From the NCBI GenBank assembly GCA_965227515.1, contig CBDDFZ010000002.1, forward strand, positions 160,001 to 224,000: a DNA stretch of 64,000 bases, read 5' to 3'. The translations under genes were made by a program, and so were the position numbers. The DNA is from Alphaproteobacteria bacterium. Lineage in GTDB: Bacteria; Pseudomonadota; Alphaproteobacteria; CALKHQ01. Of this stretch, positions 9,625 to 18,486 are shown one piece after another. A model generated the notes under the pieces. The model was not told where the DNA came from. It saw nothing but the letters and a program-made list of their open reading frames with translations, and did no database searches. The stretch's first letter is position 1; the number at the start of each line of letters is the position of its first letter.

Positions 9625-10833
9625 ATGCACAAGCGGTTCACATTCCACCGGCGTGGACTACTCGCGGGAACGGCCGCCGCCGCTGGTGTTGCCGCGCTGC
9701 CCGTTACCGCGCGCGCTCAATCCTCCGAGCCGGTGCGACTGGGCACCCTGACCCCGCTTACCGGCGTCGGCGGCAGTTATGGCCCGTCGATGCGCGATGC
9801 GGTCGTCGGCGTGGTCGATCAGGTCAACGCTGCTGGCGGCGTGCTCGGCCGTCAGATCGAAATCACATCGGAAGACACCCAGACCAACCCGGAAGCCGCC
9901 GTGCGCGCGGCGCGCAAGCTGATCGACGTCGACGACGTTTCGGCGATCATCGGCACTTGGGCATCGGCCTGCACCACCGCCGTGGCACCGAACTGTTGGG
10001 AGAGCCAGGTGATGTTGTTCACGGTGTCCGGCGCGGACTCGATCACCCAATTGCCGCATGAGGGCTACATCATCCGCACCCAGCCCAATAGCCAACTGCA
10101 GATCCAGGTCGGTTCCGAGTTCATGGTCCGCGAGGGGGCGACGCGCATGGCGTGGATCGGCCCGCAGACACCGTTTGCCGAGTCCTCGATCGCGATCATG
10201 CAGGAGGTGGCGGACGCCAACGGTCTCTCGATGGAAAGCCTGATCTACGAGGCCGACAAGACCACCTACCGCTCCGAGGTCGATCAACTTCTGGCTGGCG
10301 ACCCGGACTTCCTGCTGCTCGGAGGCTATGTCGGCGACACGACCGTGTTGCTGCGCGACCTTTATCAGGCGGGATACGAAGGCAAGCAGTTGGGCCCGGC
10401 CTACGCCGTCAACCAGAGCCTGCTCGACGCGGTACCACCGGAAGTGGCCGAGGGTGTCTTCACGTGGGAGGGTACGCCCGATGTGGGTTCCGGCGCTTAT
10501 GCGCGGGTGCAGGAGATCCTCGGTGTCGACACCATCGACCCCTATTCAGCGCAGACCTACGACCATGCCAACCTCGCCATCCTGTCAATCGCCGCCGCCG
10601 GATCGGCCGAGGGTAGCGCGATGAACGGCGCGGTCAGGACCATCAGCCAGGGCGATGGCGAGGCCGTGGATAATGCAGTCGACGGCCTTGCCGTTCTCGC
10701 CGACGGCGGTGCCATAAACTACCAGGGCGCCAGTGGCCCGTGCGATTTCAACGACATCGGCGACATAACCGGCACCCAGTTCCTGTTCAACCGAATCGAG
10801 GGTGGCGCTCACGTCGAGTATGAGCGGGTGTAG
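9625..10833 (+). CDS. HAAT-family ABC substrate-binding protein with Tat signal
   Basis: Twin-arginine signal HRRGLL; LTPLTG..VNAAGGVLGR..EDTQTNP. Confidence 0.9.
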   Translation: MHKRFTFHRRGLLAGTAAAAGVAALPVTARAQSSEPVRLGTLTPLTGVGGSYGPSMRDAVVGVVDQVNAAGGVLGRQIEITSEDTQTNPEAAVRAARKLIDVDDVSAIIGTWASACTTAVAPNCWESQVMLFTVSGADSITQLPHEGYIIRTQPNSQLQIQVGSEFMVREGATRMAWIGPQTPFAESSIAIMQEVADANGLSMESLIYEADKTTYRSEVDQLLAGDPDFLLLGGYVGDTTVLLRDLYQAGYEGKQLGPAYAVNQSLLDAVPPEVAEGVFTWEGTPDVGSGAYARVQEILGVDTIDPYSAQTYDHANLAILSIAAAGSAEGSAMNGAVRTISQGDGEAVDNAVDGLAVLADGGAINYQGASGPCDFNDIGDITGTQFLFNRIEGGAHVEYERV

Positions 10834-10862
10834 GTCCCCGAAAGACTCAATGCACCTCGTTT

Positions 10863-10892
10863 GTCGCCCTCGGCCTTGTGTCGGGGGCGAAT
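10863..10892. repeat. Degenerate solo REP-like palindrome
   Basis: GTCGCCCTCGGCCTTGTGTCGGGGGCGAAT; its first 14 nt equal the first 14 nt of the reverse complement of the 47747-47777 arm; forms an 11-bp hairpin. Confidence 0.55.
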
Positions 10893-10937
10893 GCGCGGCC
10901 CACGTGACCGCGTCGGCGGCCCAACACCGGAACCCTC

Positions 10938-11801
10938 ATGGAGTTGATCCCTCAGCTTCTGATCAACGGCATCCTCTACGGCAGCTTGCTCACGCTGCCG
11001 GCCATCGGCTTCACCACGATATTTGCCGTCCAGCGATTCCCTAATTTCTCCGTCGCCTCCATCGCGACCGTCGGCGCGTTCGCCGGTTGGGTCGCCAATG
11101 TCTCCCTCGGCCTGCCCATCATCCCCGCCATCCTGATGGCGTTCATCATCGCTGGCGTCGTCGGCGTCCTCTGCGACGAAATCGTGCTGAAGCCGATGCG
11201 GCCCTATGGGGCGCTGACCACGGCCATCGCCTCCATCGCGCTGACTGTGGTTCTGGAGAACATGATCCGCTTCGGCTTCGGCAATGACCTGCGCGGCTAC
11301 GACCTGCCGCTGGTGCGCGACTGGCGTTTCTGGGGCGTGCGGGTCGGCCCGCAGCAGGTCGAGAACCTGGTCCTCGCCACCGTTGCGATGGCGGCCTTGT
11401 TCCTGTTCCTGCGCTTCGGGCGCCTCGGCAAGGCGATGCGCGCCGTTGCCGACAACCCCCAGCTTGCGACCCTGAAGGGCATTCCGGCGGCCAACGTGAC
11501 CCGGCTGGCGGTGTTTATTGCCATGGGACTGGTGGGCGTCGGCGGCATCCTGCAAGGGCTCGGCACCTCGATCGACCCGCTGACCGGTTTCCGCTTCATC
11601 CTTTCCATCTTCGCGGCCGCCGTTGTCGGCGGCCTCGGCAGCATTCCCGGCGCGGTGCTCGGTGCCTTCATCATCGGTATCGGCGAGGACCTGTCGCTGG
11701 TGGTGCTGGACCCGACGTACAAGAGCGCGATCGGCTTTCTCGCCATTCTGATCGTGCTCACGCTCAGGCCGCAGGGCCTGCTCGGGCGGCGCACGACGTG
11801 A
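10938..11801 (+). CDS. livH: HAAT ABC permease (LivH-like)
   Basis: Hydrophobic; QLLINGILYG, GKAMRAVADN, VVGGLGSIPGA, RPQGL. Confidence 0.9.
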   Translation: MELIPQLLINGILYGSLLTLPAIGFTTIFAVQRFPNFSVASIATVGAFAGWVANVSLGLPIIPAILMAFIIAGVVGVLCDEIVLKPMRPYGALTTAIASIALTVVLENMIRFGFGNDLRGYDLPLVRDWRFWGVRVGPQQVENLVLATVAMAALFLFLRFGRLGKAMRAVADNPQLATLKGIPAANVTRLAVFIAMGLVGVGGILQGLGTSIDPLTGFRFILSIFAAAVVGGLGSIPGAVLGAFIIGIGEDLSLVVLDPTYKSAIGFLAILIVLTLRPQGLLGRRTT

Positions 11802-12736
11802 TCAGCTACCTCGCCTCGCTCGGTGTTACGGTCGGTATCTATGCCCTCCTCGCGCTCGGCATCAATGTCGCGTGGGGCATGACCGGCATGATCAACCTGG
11901 GCATGGCCGGGTTCTTCGCCCTCGGCGCCTACGCCAGCGCCATCGCCACCACGACCGGGGACCAGCCGATCGTACTCGGCGTGATCATTGGTGCGGTATT
12001 CGCCACCGCCGGCGGGTTGCTGCTGGCCGCCGTCACCCTTCGCCTCAGGGGCGATTATCTGGCGATCGTCACCCTCGGGTTTTCGGAGAGCGTGCGACTG
12101 TTCGTGACCAACGAGATCTGGCTGACCAAGGGGCCGGACGGCATCTCGAACATCCCGGGCCCGTGGCGTGGCGAGATCACGCCGTTCGAGTTTAACCTGC
12201 TGTTCCTCGGCCTGATGGTGGCGGTGCTAATTACCGTGGTGGTGCTGTTGCGCAATCTTGCCAACGGGCCGTACGGTCGGGCCTTGCGCGCGATCCGTGA
12301 CGATGACGCGGTGGCCGCTGTGGCTGGTAAGCCGGTGCCGCGGCTGAGGTTGGAGGCGTTCGCGCTCGGCGCCGGATTGCTCGGGCTCGCGGGCGCGCTA
12401 TTCGGTCACTACAACAGCTACATTGCGCCAGATATCTTTCGCCCGCTGATCACCATCTACATTTTCCTGGCACTGACCGCCGGCGGCCCGGGAAACATCT
12501 TGGGTGCGGTGGCCGGCGCCTTCATTGTGGTCGCCGTGCTCGAGGGCACCCGCTTCCTGGGCGAAGCGGTACCCGGGCTGTCGGGGGTTCAGGTCGCCGC
12601 ATTGCGTGAGATGGCCATCGGCGTGCTGCTGATCCTTGCCTTGCGCTTCCGGCCGCGCGGGCTGATACCGGAGCGGCCGCTGCGCGCCCGCGAGGTCGGC
12701 ATCGCCATACCCGGCGGCGACACCAAGAGGTCCTGA
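11798..12736 (+). CDS. livM: HAAT ABC permease (LivM-like)
   Basis: LRLRGDYLAIVTLGF, GRALRAIRDD, RPRGL. Confidence 0.9.
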   Translation: MISYLASLGVTVGIYALLALGINVAWGMTGMINLGMAGFFALGAYASAIATTTGDQPIVLGVIIGAVFATAGGLLLAAVTLRLRGDYLAIVTLGFSESVRLFVTNEIWLTKGPDGISNIPGPWRGEITPFEFNLLFLGLMVAVLITVVVLLRNLANGPYGRALRAIRDDDAVAAVAGKPVPRLRLEAFALGAGLLGLAGALFGHYNSYIAPDIFRPLITIYIFLALTAGGPGNILGAVAGAFIVVAVLEGTRFLGEAVPGLSGVQVAALREMAIGVLLILALRFRPRGLIPERPLRAREVGIAIPGGDTKRS

Positions 12737-12739
12737 CCG

Positions 12740-13282
12740 ATGACAGGAGACACTTCGCTTGCCGATGCCATGATGGGCCTCGCCGAAGTTGCCGCGGTCC
12801 CCGGCCAGCCGCTGCCATTCTATGACAAGCTGTCCGCGACCGTGGCCGCGCTGATCGGGCACCGCCTGTTCACCCTGATGGTGCTGGACATGGCGGCCGA
12901 CGAGGCGGCGCGCATCTACTCCAGCGACCCGCAATCCTATCCAGTGGGCGGGCGCAAACCCCTGGGCGAGATGACCGGCTGGGGCGAAGTCGTGATCGTC
13001 GGCCGTCGGCCCTATCTTGGACGTACCGCAGCCGACATCCGGTGGGCGTTCTTCGACCATGAGCTGATCGAAAGCCTGGGCTGCGGCGCGGTAATCAACG
13101 TGCCCGTGCAATGGGACGGCCAGATCCTCGGCACGATGAACATCCTGGATGCCGAATATGCCTATGACGAAACGCACCTCGCGCGGGTCCTGCCGCTTGC
13201 GCCGGTGCTTGTTGGGCCGTTTCTACAGGCGATCGCGTCGCCTGGCCTTCATCCGGAACCCGTCGGGACGACCATGCCATGA
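12740..13282 (+). CDS. Stand-alone GAF domain protein
   Basis: HRLFTLM..RIYSSDP..YPVGGRK..LGCGAVINVPVQWDGQILGTMNILD pattern; tightly spaced in the operon. Confidence 0.78.
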   Translation: MTGDTSLADAMMGLAEVAAVPGQPLPFYDKLSATVAALIGHRLFTLMVLDMAADEAARIYSSDPQSYPVGGRKPLGEMTGWGEVVIVGRRPYLGRTAADIRWAFFDHELIESLGCGAVINVPVQWDGQILGTMNILDAEYAYDETHLARVLPLAPVLVGPFLQAIASPGLHPEPVGTTMP

Positions 13283-14514
13283 CCACGCTTCTGTTTCGCA
13301 ATGCCGCCGTTTTCGACGGCACCACCGATCACCTGCGCGAAGGGTGTGACGTTGCGATTGAGGATGACCGGATCGTGGAGGTTTCGGAGACGCCTATTAC
13401 AACCACGGTCGACGCCACCATCGACCTTCGGGGCAAGACCCTGATGCCGGGCCTGATCGACTGCCATTTCCATGCAATCGCGGTTGACCCTGATATCGCG
13501 GCTATCGAGCGCATGGCGCCGTCGACCCTGGCGTTACGGGCGGGGCGGCTGCTGGAGGGCGCGCTGATGCGCGGCTTCACCACCCTGCGCGATGCCGGCG
13601 GTGCCGACTACGGCCTCGCTCGCGCCATCGAGGATGGGGTGATCAAAGGGCCGCGCCTGTTCTATTCCGGCAAGGCGCTGTCGCAGTCCGGCGGCCATGG
13701 CGATTTCAGCCTATTCGAGGGAGGCACGGTATGCCACTGCTGCGCCTTCAGCGGCCACGGTCTGACCCACATCGCCGATGGTGTCGACGAGGTGCGCAAG
13801 GCCGCCCGGCAGGAACTCCGGCGTGGCGCCACCCAGATCAAGATCATGGCGTCGGGCGGCGTTGCCTCGCCGACCGATCCGATCTGGAACCTGCAATACT
13901 CAGAGGACGAAATCCGCGCTGCGGTGTGGGAAGCGAAGAGCTGGCGCACCTACGTCATGGCCCATGCCTACACCCCAGAGGCGATCGACCGCTGCGTGCG
14001 CTATGGCGTGCGCACCATCGAGCACGGCAACCTGATCGACGACGAAACCGCGGCGGTGGTGGCCGAACATGGCGCATACGTGGTGCCTACCCTGGTGACC
14101 TATGAGGCGATGAGCAAGTTCGGCGCTGAGCAGGGGCTTCCTGAGGCCAGTCTCGCCAAGCTCGGCGACGTATCCGAGGCCGGGCTCGGCGCACTGGAGA
14201 TTCTGAAACGCGCCGGCGTGAGGATGGGGCTCGGGACCGACCTCCTTGGTGAGATGCATGCCCACCAGTCGCGGGAGCTTTCACTACGCGCCGAGGTGCT
14301 GTCGCCGTTCGAGGTGCTGCATTCGGCCACCGCGATGAACGCGGAAATCGTGCAGCGCAGCGGCGAGCTCGGCGTGGTTGCCGCCGGGGCGCTCGCCGAT
14401 CTCCTGGTCATTGATGGAGATCCCCTCGCCGACATCGCAGTGCTGGAGCGCCACGACGCTGCGCTTAGCGCGATCATGAAGGGCGGGGAATTCGTCAGGA
14501 CGAGCCTAGCCTAG
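13279..14514 (+). CDS. Metal-dependent amidohydrolase (Xaa-Pro dipeptidase/M38-like)
   Basis: MPGLIDCHFH, GFTTLRDAGG, QIKIMASGG, AHAY, IEHG, GTD. Confidence 0.88.
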   Translation: MTTLLFRNAAVFDGTTDHLREGCDVAIEDDRIVEVSETPITTTVDATIDLRGKTLMPGLIDCHFHAIAVDPDIAAIERMAPSTLALRAGRLLEGALMRGFTTLRDAGGADYGLARAIEDGVIKGPRLFYSGKALSQSGGHGDFSLFEGGTVCHCCAFSGHGLTHIADGVDEVRKAARQELRRGATQIKIMASGGVASPTDPIWNLQYSEDEIRAAVWEAKSWRTYVMAHAYTPEAIDRCVRYGVRTIEHGNLIDDETAAVVAEHGAYVVPTLVTYEAMSKFGAEQGLPEASLAKLGDVSEAGLGALEILKRAGVRMGLGTDLLGEMHAHQSRELSLRAEVLSPFEVLHSATAMNAEIVQRSGELGVVAAGALADLLVIDGDPLADIAVLERHDAALSAIMKGGEFVRTSLA

Positions 14515-14565
14515 ATCGTTTCCCTTTCCCTGAGCCGGCACCGGGCCAAATGATCGGCGCTTGGC

Positions 14566-15078
14566 GGCATTGCCACGTGAATGATAGCGATCGGGGGGCA
14601 ACTAAGGCATGCGCCGATGCAGCCAATGTCCTATGCACGCCACCAGTTTCCGCCTGATTCGATCCAGCAGGCGATCTGGCTTTGCCTCCGTTTCACGCTC
14701 AGCTACCGCGATGTGGAGGGGCTGCTCGCCGCGTGCGGGCTCGATGTCGGCTATGAATCGATCCGTCGCTGGGTGCTGAAGTTCGGGGCGATTGTTGCGC
14801 GCTGGCTGCGGCGGCTTCGTCCCAAACCCAGCCCGCGCTGGCACCTCGACGAAATGGTCGTGTGTATCGCTGGGGGACAGATGTACTTGTGGCGGGCCGT
14901 CGACGATGAAGGCGAGGTATTGGACGTCCTCGTCCAGCGTCATCTCACTTGCCGCCGCACCCTGCGCGTCTTCAGAGCCCAGTCCATAGATCAATGGCAC
15001 GCGGCAAAAGTGGCAGCATGAGGTCTAAACGTGAGACTGTGGCAACCACGACGTCAATCCGGTTCCCGTGACAATGCC
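14566..15078 (+). mobile_element. Internally deleted IS6-family element (513 bp) with both terminal inverted repeats
   Basis: Left IR GGCATTGCCACG (14566) and right IR CGTGACAATGCC (ends 15078) match at 11/12 positions; encloses an IS6 transposase remnant. Confidence 0.85.
14617..15021 (+). pseudogene. IS6-family transposase with internal deletion
   Basis: YARHQFPP..RFTLSYRDVE..IRRWVLKFG..WHLDE..YLWRAVDDEGEVLDVLVQR is joined directly to the C-terminal HLTCRRTLRVFR; about 134 aa, most of the DDE core is missing. Confidence 0.85.
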
Positions 15079-15402
15079 TTCCCACCGGGTTCTGCTTGCC
15101 CTGGGCACGTTTGTCTCGCGTCCAAAAAGGCGCGCCAAGACCGGCGGGCTCGCGACGCCGCCATTGCCGCGAATACGACAACTGGCCAAATGTAACTTGG
15201 AAAGATCTCATTCAGAACCTGAATGCTTGTATTTTGTGGATTCATGAACTTCCCATTGACGCACGCGCCCACTGTTGACGAACTCCTGCCGGGGCTCGTG
15301 GCAAGCGAGAGCGAAACAAGGATGTAGGTGCAACAGGAAGCTGGCGAAGCGTCGGCATCCGCGAGGCAGGCGCCGTTCGGTGCGTCGGGCGGGATGCCGC
15401 CG

Positions 15403-16431
15403 TCAGGTCGACGCCGCTTGGTCGGAAGACTTGCGGAGGATGAGCCTCGGCTCGTGGACATGCCGGCCGATCGGGGCATCGGGGCTTTCAATGCGCTTGA
15501 TCAGAAGCTCCGCCGCCATGCGCCCCACATCCCGCGCATCCATGGAAACCGTGGACAGCGGCGGGTAGGACATCTCGGTCTCGGGCATGCCGTCGAAGCC
15601 GATCAGCGCCATGTCCCGCCCGGGCTCCAGGTTGTGCCGCCGCAGTCCGTGCATGACCGAGATGGCCACGAAATCGTTGTAGCAGAGCGCCGCCGTGGGA
15701 CGACTGTCCAGCGACAGCACTTTCTCCACATCCGAAACGCCGCTGGTCCGCGACGGCCTGCTCTCGACGACCAGCGATGGGTCGTAGGCGATGCCGGCTT
15801 TCTGCAACGCGCTGAAGTATCCGGAGACGCGATCCGCCCGAGAGGGATTGCCCGGCTGGCCGCCAAGAAATGCGATCCGCCGGTGCCCCATGCGCAGGAG
15901 TTCCGCCGTCGCCATCTGCCCGGCGCGAAAATTGTCCGGCCCGCAAAAGTCGAACCTGTCGTCGGGCCACGGCCGCACGGCAATGCACGTCGGGACGCGT
16001 TGGGCATGAAGGCGGTCGAACGTCTTGTGGTGGGTGCCCGTGGCCGGGCAGATGATAAGGCCCGCCACGCCATGCTCGATCAGCGAGGTGGCGATGTCGT
16101 GCTGATGGTCGGGGTCCTCGCCGGACTGGACCAGGTAAACGAAGTAGTCTTCCTTCTCCGCCTGCCCCTCGATCGCCGCGGTCAGCTCCGCGAAGAACGG
16201 GTTGGTCAGGTCATTGATGATCAGCCCGATCGCCTGTGAGGACTGGGTGCGCAGGTTGGCCGCGTTCCGGTTGTAGGTGTAGCCGAGCAACTGCATCGAG
16301 GCATTGACGCGGTCTCGCGTGCCAGCGCTTATCCGGCTGTTGCCGCGCAGGACGAGCGACACCGTGGAGCGCGAAACCCCGGCGTGGTTGGCGATATCGT
16401 TGATCGTGACGCGTTTCTGGCGGGCAACCAT
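15403..16431 (-). CDS. LacI-family transcriptional regulator
   Basis: VTINDIANHAGVSRSTVSLVL HTH, YNRNAANL hinge, IGFDG..PPLSTV. Confidence 0.93.
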   Translation of the reverse strand: MVARQKRVTINDIANHAGVSRSTVSLVLRGNSRISAGTRDRVNASMQLLGYTYNRNAANLRTQSSQAIGLIINDLTNPFFAELTAAIEGQAEKEDYFVYLVQSGEDPDHQHDIATSLIEHGVAGLIICPATGTHHKTFDRLHAQRVPTCIAVRPWPDDRFDFCGPDNFRAGQMATAELLRMGHRRIAFLGGQPGNPSRADRVSGYFSALQKAGIAYDPSLVVESRPSRTSGVSDVEKVLSLDSRPTAALCYNDFVAISVMHGLRRHNLEPGRDMALIGFDGMPETEMSYPPLSTVSMDARDVGRMAAELLIKRIESPDAPIGRHVHEPRLILRKSSDQAAST

Positions 16432-16434
16432 GCA

Positions 16435-17205
16435 TCAGGCACCGGTGAAGTGCGGGCTCCGCTTGGCATGGAACGCCGCAATGCCCTCCTTCATATCATC
16501 AGTTGCCTGGGTCGCAATGCCGCCCAGCAGCTCCAGGGAAAATGCGGCATCGCTGCCGGCGTCCCCATCGACGATACGTTTGGCCAGCTGAACGGCGACC
16601 GGCGCGAGCCCGGCGATACGGGCCGCGATGTCGCGGGCGGTGGCCAGCGCCGCGCCCGGCGCGCACAGCGTGTTGACCAGGCCCCAGGCCTCGGCACGGT
16701 CGGCGCGCACCTGCTCGGCCGCCAGGATGATCTGCTTTGCACGCGACCGTCCCACCAGTTCGGCGAGCCGCCGCGTGCCGCCCCAGCCAGGCACGGTCCC
16801 CAAACTGACCTCGGGCAGCCCCAGCAGCGCGTCGTTCTCGGCCACCCTGAGGTCGGCGGCCAGCGCCAGTTCCAGGCCGCCGCCGAACGCCATGCCGTGG
16901 ATAGCGGCGATGACCGGCACCCGGCACCTGGCGACGGCGTCGAACACGCGATGGCCGGTGCCGATCCAACCGGTGCGGAATTCCTGTGGCGACAGTGCGG
17001 ACCAGGCATTGACATCGGCGCCGACGCTGAAGCAGCGACCATTGCCGCCGATGACCAGCGCCCTGATGTCGGCGTCGGCGTCGACGCGGCGAAGCATCGC
17101 TTCCAGCGTTTCCAGCATCTCGGGGGTCAGCGCGTTCAGCTTGGCCGGGCGATCCAGCGCCACGTGCGCAATGCCGTCCGTCGCCTCGAAAGCAATGTTC
17201 GTCAA
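16435..17205 (-). CDS. Enoyl-CoA hydratase/isomerase family protein
   Basis: DRPAKLNAL, FSVGADV, PVIAAIHGMAFGGGLELALAAD, LPEVSLG; probable TTG start at 17205. Confidence 0.9.
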   Translation of the reverse strand: MTNIAFEATDGIAHVALDRPAKLNALTPEMLETLEAMLRRVDADADIRALVIGGNGRCFSVGADVNAWSALSPQEFRTGWIGTGHRVFDAVARCRVPVIAAIHGMAFGGGLELALAADLRVAENDALLGLPEVSLGTVPGWGGTRRLAELVGRSRAKQIILAAEQVRADRAEAWGLVNTLCAPGAALATARDIAARIAGLAPVAVQLAKRIVDGDAGSDAAFSLELLGGIATQATDDMKEGIAAFHAKRSPHFTGA

Positions 17206-17232
17206 TCTCTCACCCCTTGGTGAATCCAATGA

Positions 17233-17246
17233 TAGAACGATCTACT
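17233..17246. promoter_or_regulatory. LacI-type operator, copy 1
   Basis: TAGAACGATCTACT, a near-palindrome with central CG, identical to 17397-17410. Confidence 0.7.
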
Positions 17247-17366
17247 TTGCATGCTATGAGTGAAGAGCTTGCATGGCAATCGAATTTTCCGGTTGGGATA
17301 AGAGAAATAGACTTCTGAAATAGTGGTTTTGGGCGGTCACGGATCAAGCGATTGCTTGATTCGCGA

Positions 17367-17410
17367 TTGACACCCCATTCTGGCTGCGATAGCACGTAGA
17401 ACGATCTACT
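17367..17410 (+). promoter_or_regulatory. Probable sigma70 promoter (TTGACA -35) followed by LacI operator copy 2
   Basis: TTGACA at 17367-17372; TAGAACGATCTACT at 17397-17410, just past the expected -10 element. Confidence 0.65.
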
Positions 17411-17442
17411 AAGCATGAATGGTGTGAATGGGAGGAAATATC

Positions 17443-18411
17443 GTGAGGAAACTGCATCTTTCCGTGGTTGTCGGGGCGTTGGTGGCCGGTGCGCCAGCCG
17501 CATCTGCCCAGGACGACCTGCTCTACGGCGCCATCTTGAAGACGCTTGCCAATGCGCACTGGAATGCGATGACCCAGGGCATTGAGGAAGCCGGCAACGC
17601 CAGCGGCGTCGAGGTGGTGATTTCGACCGTCGCCAACGAGAGCGCCGCCGAACAGCAGCTCAACAATTGCGAATCCATGCTGCTGCGCGAGCCGGATGCG
17701 CTGATCGTTGGCGCCATCAACTCCAACATCCTGCTGCCGTGCCTGCAAAAGGCGACCGAGGCGGGCATTGCCATCGTCGACCTCGACTACAACCTGGATC
17801 GGGCAATCGCGAACGATGCTGGTGTCGAGGTCACCTTTACCGCCGGCAACGACGGCGCTGCGACAGGCGCGGTGGGTGCGGACTATATCGCCGGCGAGCT
17901 CGGCGACGGCGCCAGCGGCCCGGTGCTGGTTCTGGAGGGCCTGCCCGGCAATCCGGTCGGCGCGGCGCGCGGTGAAGGTTTCCGCGAGCGCTTGGCGGAG
18001 ATCGCACCCGACCTGGAGCCGTCCACGTTCAATGGCGACTGGGACCGGGGCAAGTCGGCGAACATCACCAACGACATGCTGCAGCGCAACCCCGGTCTGC
18101 TGGCGGTGTTCGCCGCCAACGACACCATGGCGCTGGGTGCCATCGAGGCGGTCATCGCCGCCGGACGTGATGACATCATCGTGCTCGGTGTCGACGGCAC
18201 GTCCGATGCGATCCAGTCGATCGAGTCCGGTCGGCTGACGGCCACCGTTGGGCAATTCCCCTATCTGGTCGGCAAGCGCTCCGTCGAACTCCTCAATGAG
18301 ATCCTGCGGGACGGTGCCGAGCTCGACTCCTACCAGGAGACGGGCCAGATGGTGATCGACCAGCCCATGCTGGAGAGCGGCGAAGAGGAAATGTTGCAGT
18401 ACCTTCGCTAG
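17443..18411 (+). CDS. Sugar ABC substrate-binding protein (RbsB/AlsB-like)
   Basis: Signal peptide, LKTLANAHW, LEGLPG, VFAANDTMALGA, GVDG; GGAGG RBS with GTG start. Confidence 0.9.
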   Translation: MRKLHLSVVVGALVAGAPAASAQDDLLYGAILKTLANAHWNAMTQGIEEAGNASGVEVVISTVANESAAEQQLNNCESMLLREPDALIVGAINSNILLPCLQKATEAGIAIVDLDYNLDRAIANDAGVEVTFTAGNDGAATGAVGADYIAGELGDGASGPVLVLEGLPGNPVGAARGEGFRERLAEIAPDLEPSTFNGDWDRGKSANITNDMLQRNPGLLAVFAANDTMALGAIEAVIAAGRDDIIVLGVDGTSDAIQSIESGRLTATVGQFPYLVGKRSVELLNEILRDGAELDSYQETGQMVIDQPMLESGEEEMLQYLR

Positions 18412-18486
18412 CCGCTGGCATCGGCAAGACATTGTATGGGCGCCCTGTCAGGGGCGCCCGCTCCACGCCCGAACGGAATTCCTGAC

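Noticed and set aside
14558-15086. Target-site duplication around IS6
   Set aside because: The flanks CGCTTGGC and TTCCCACC do not match
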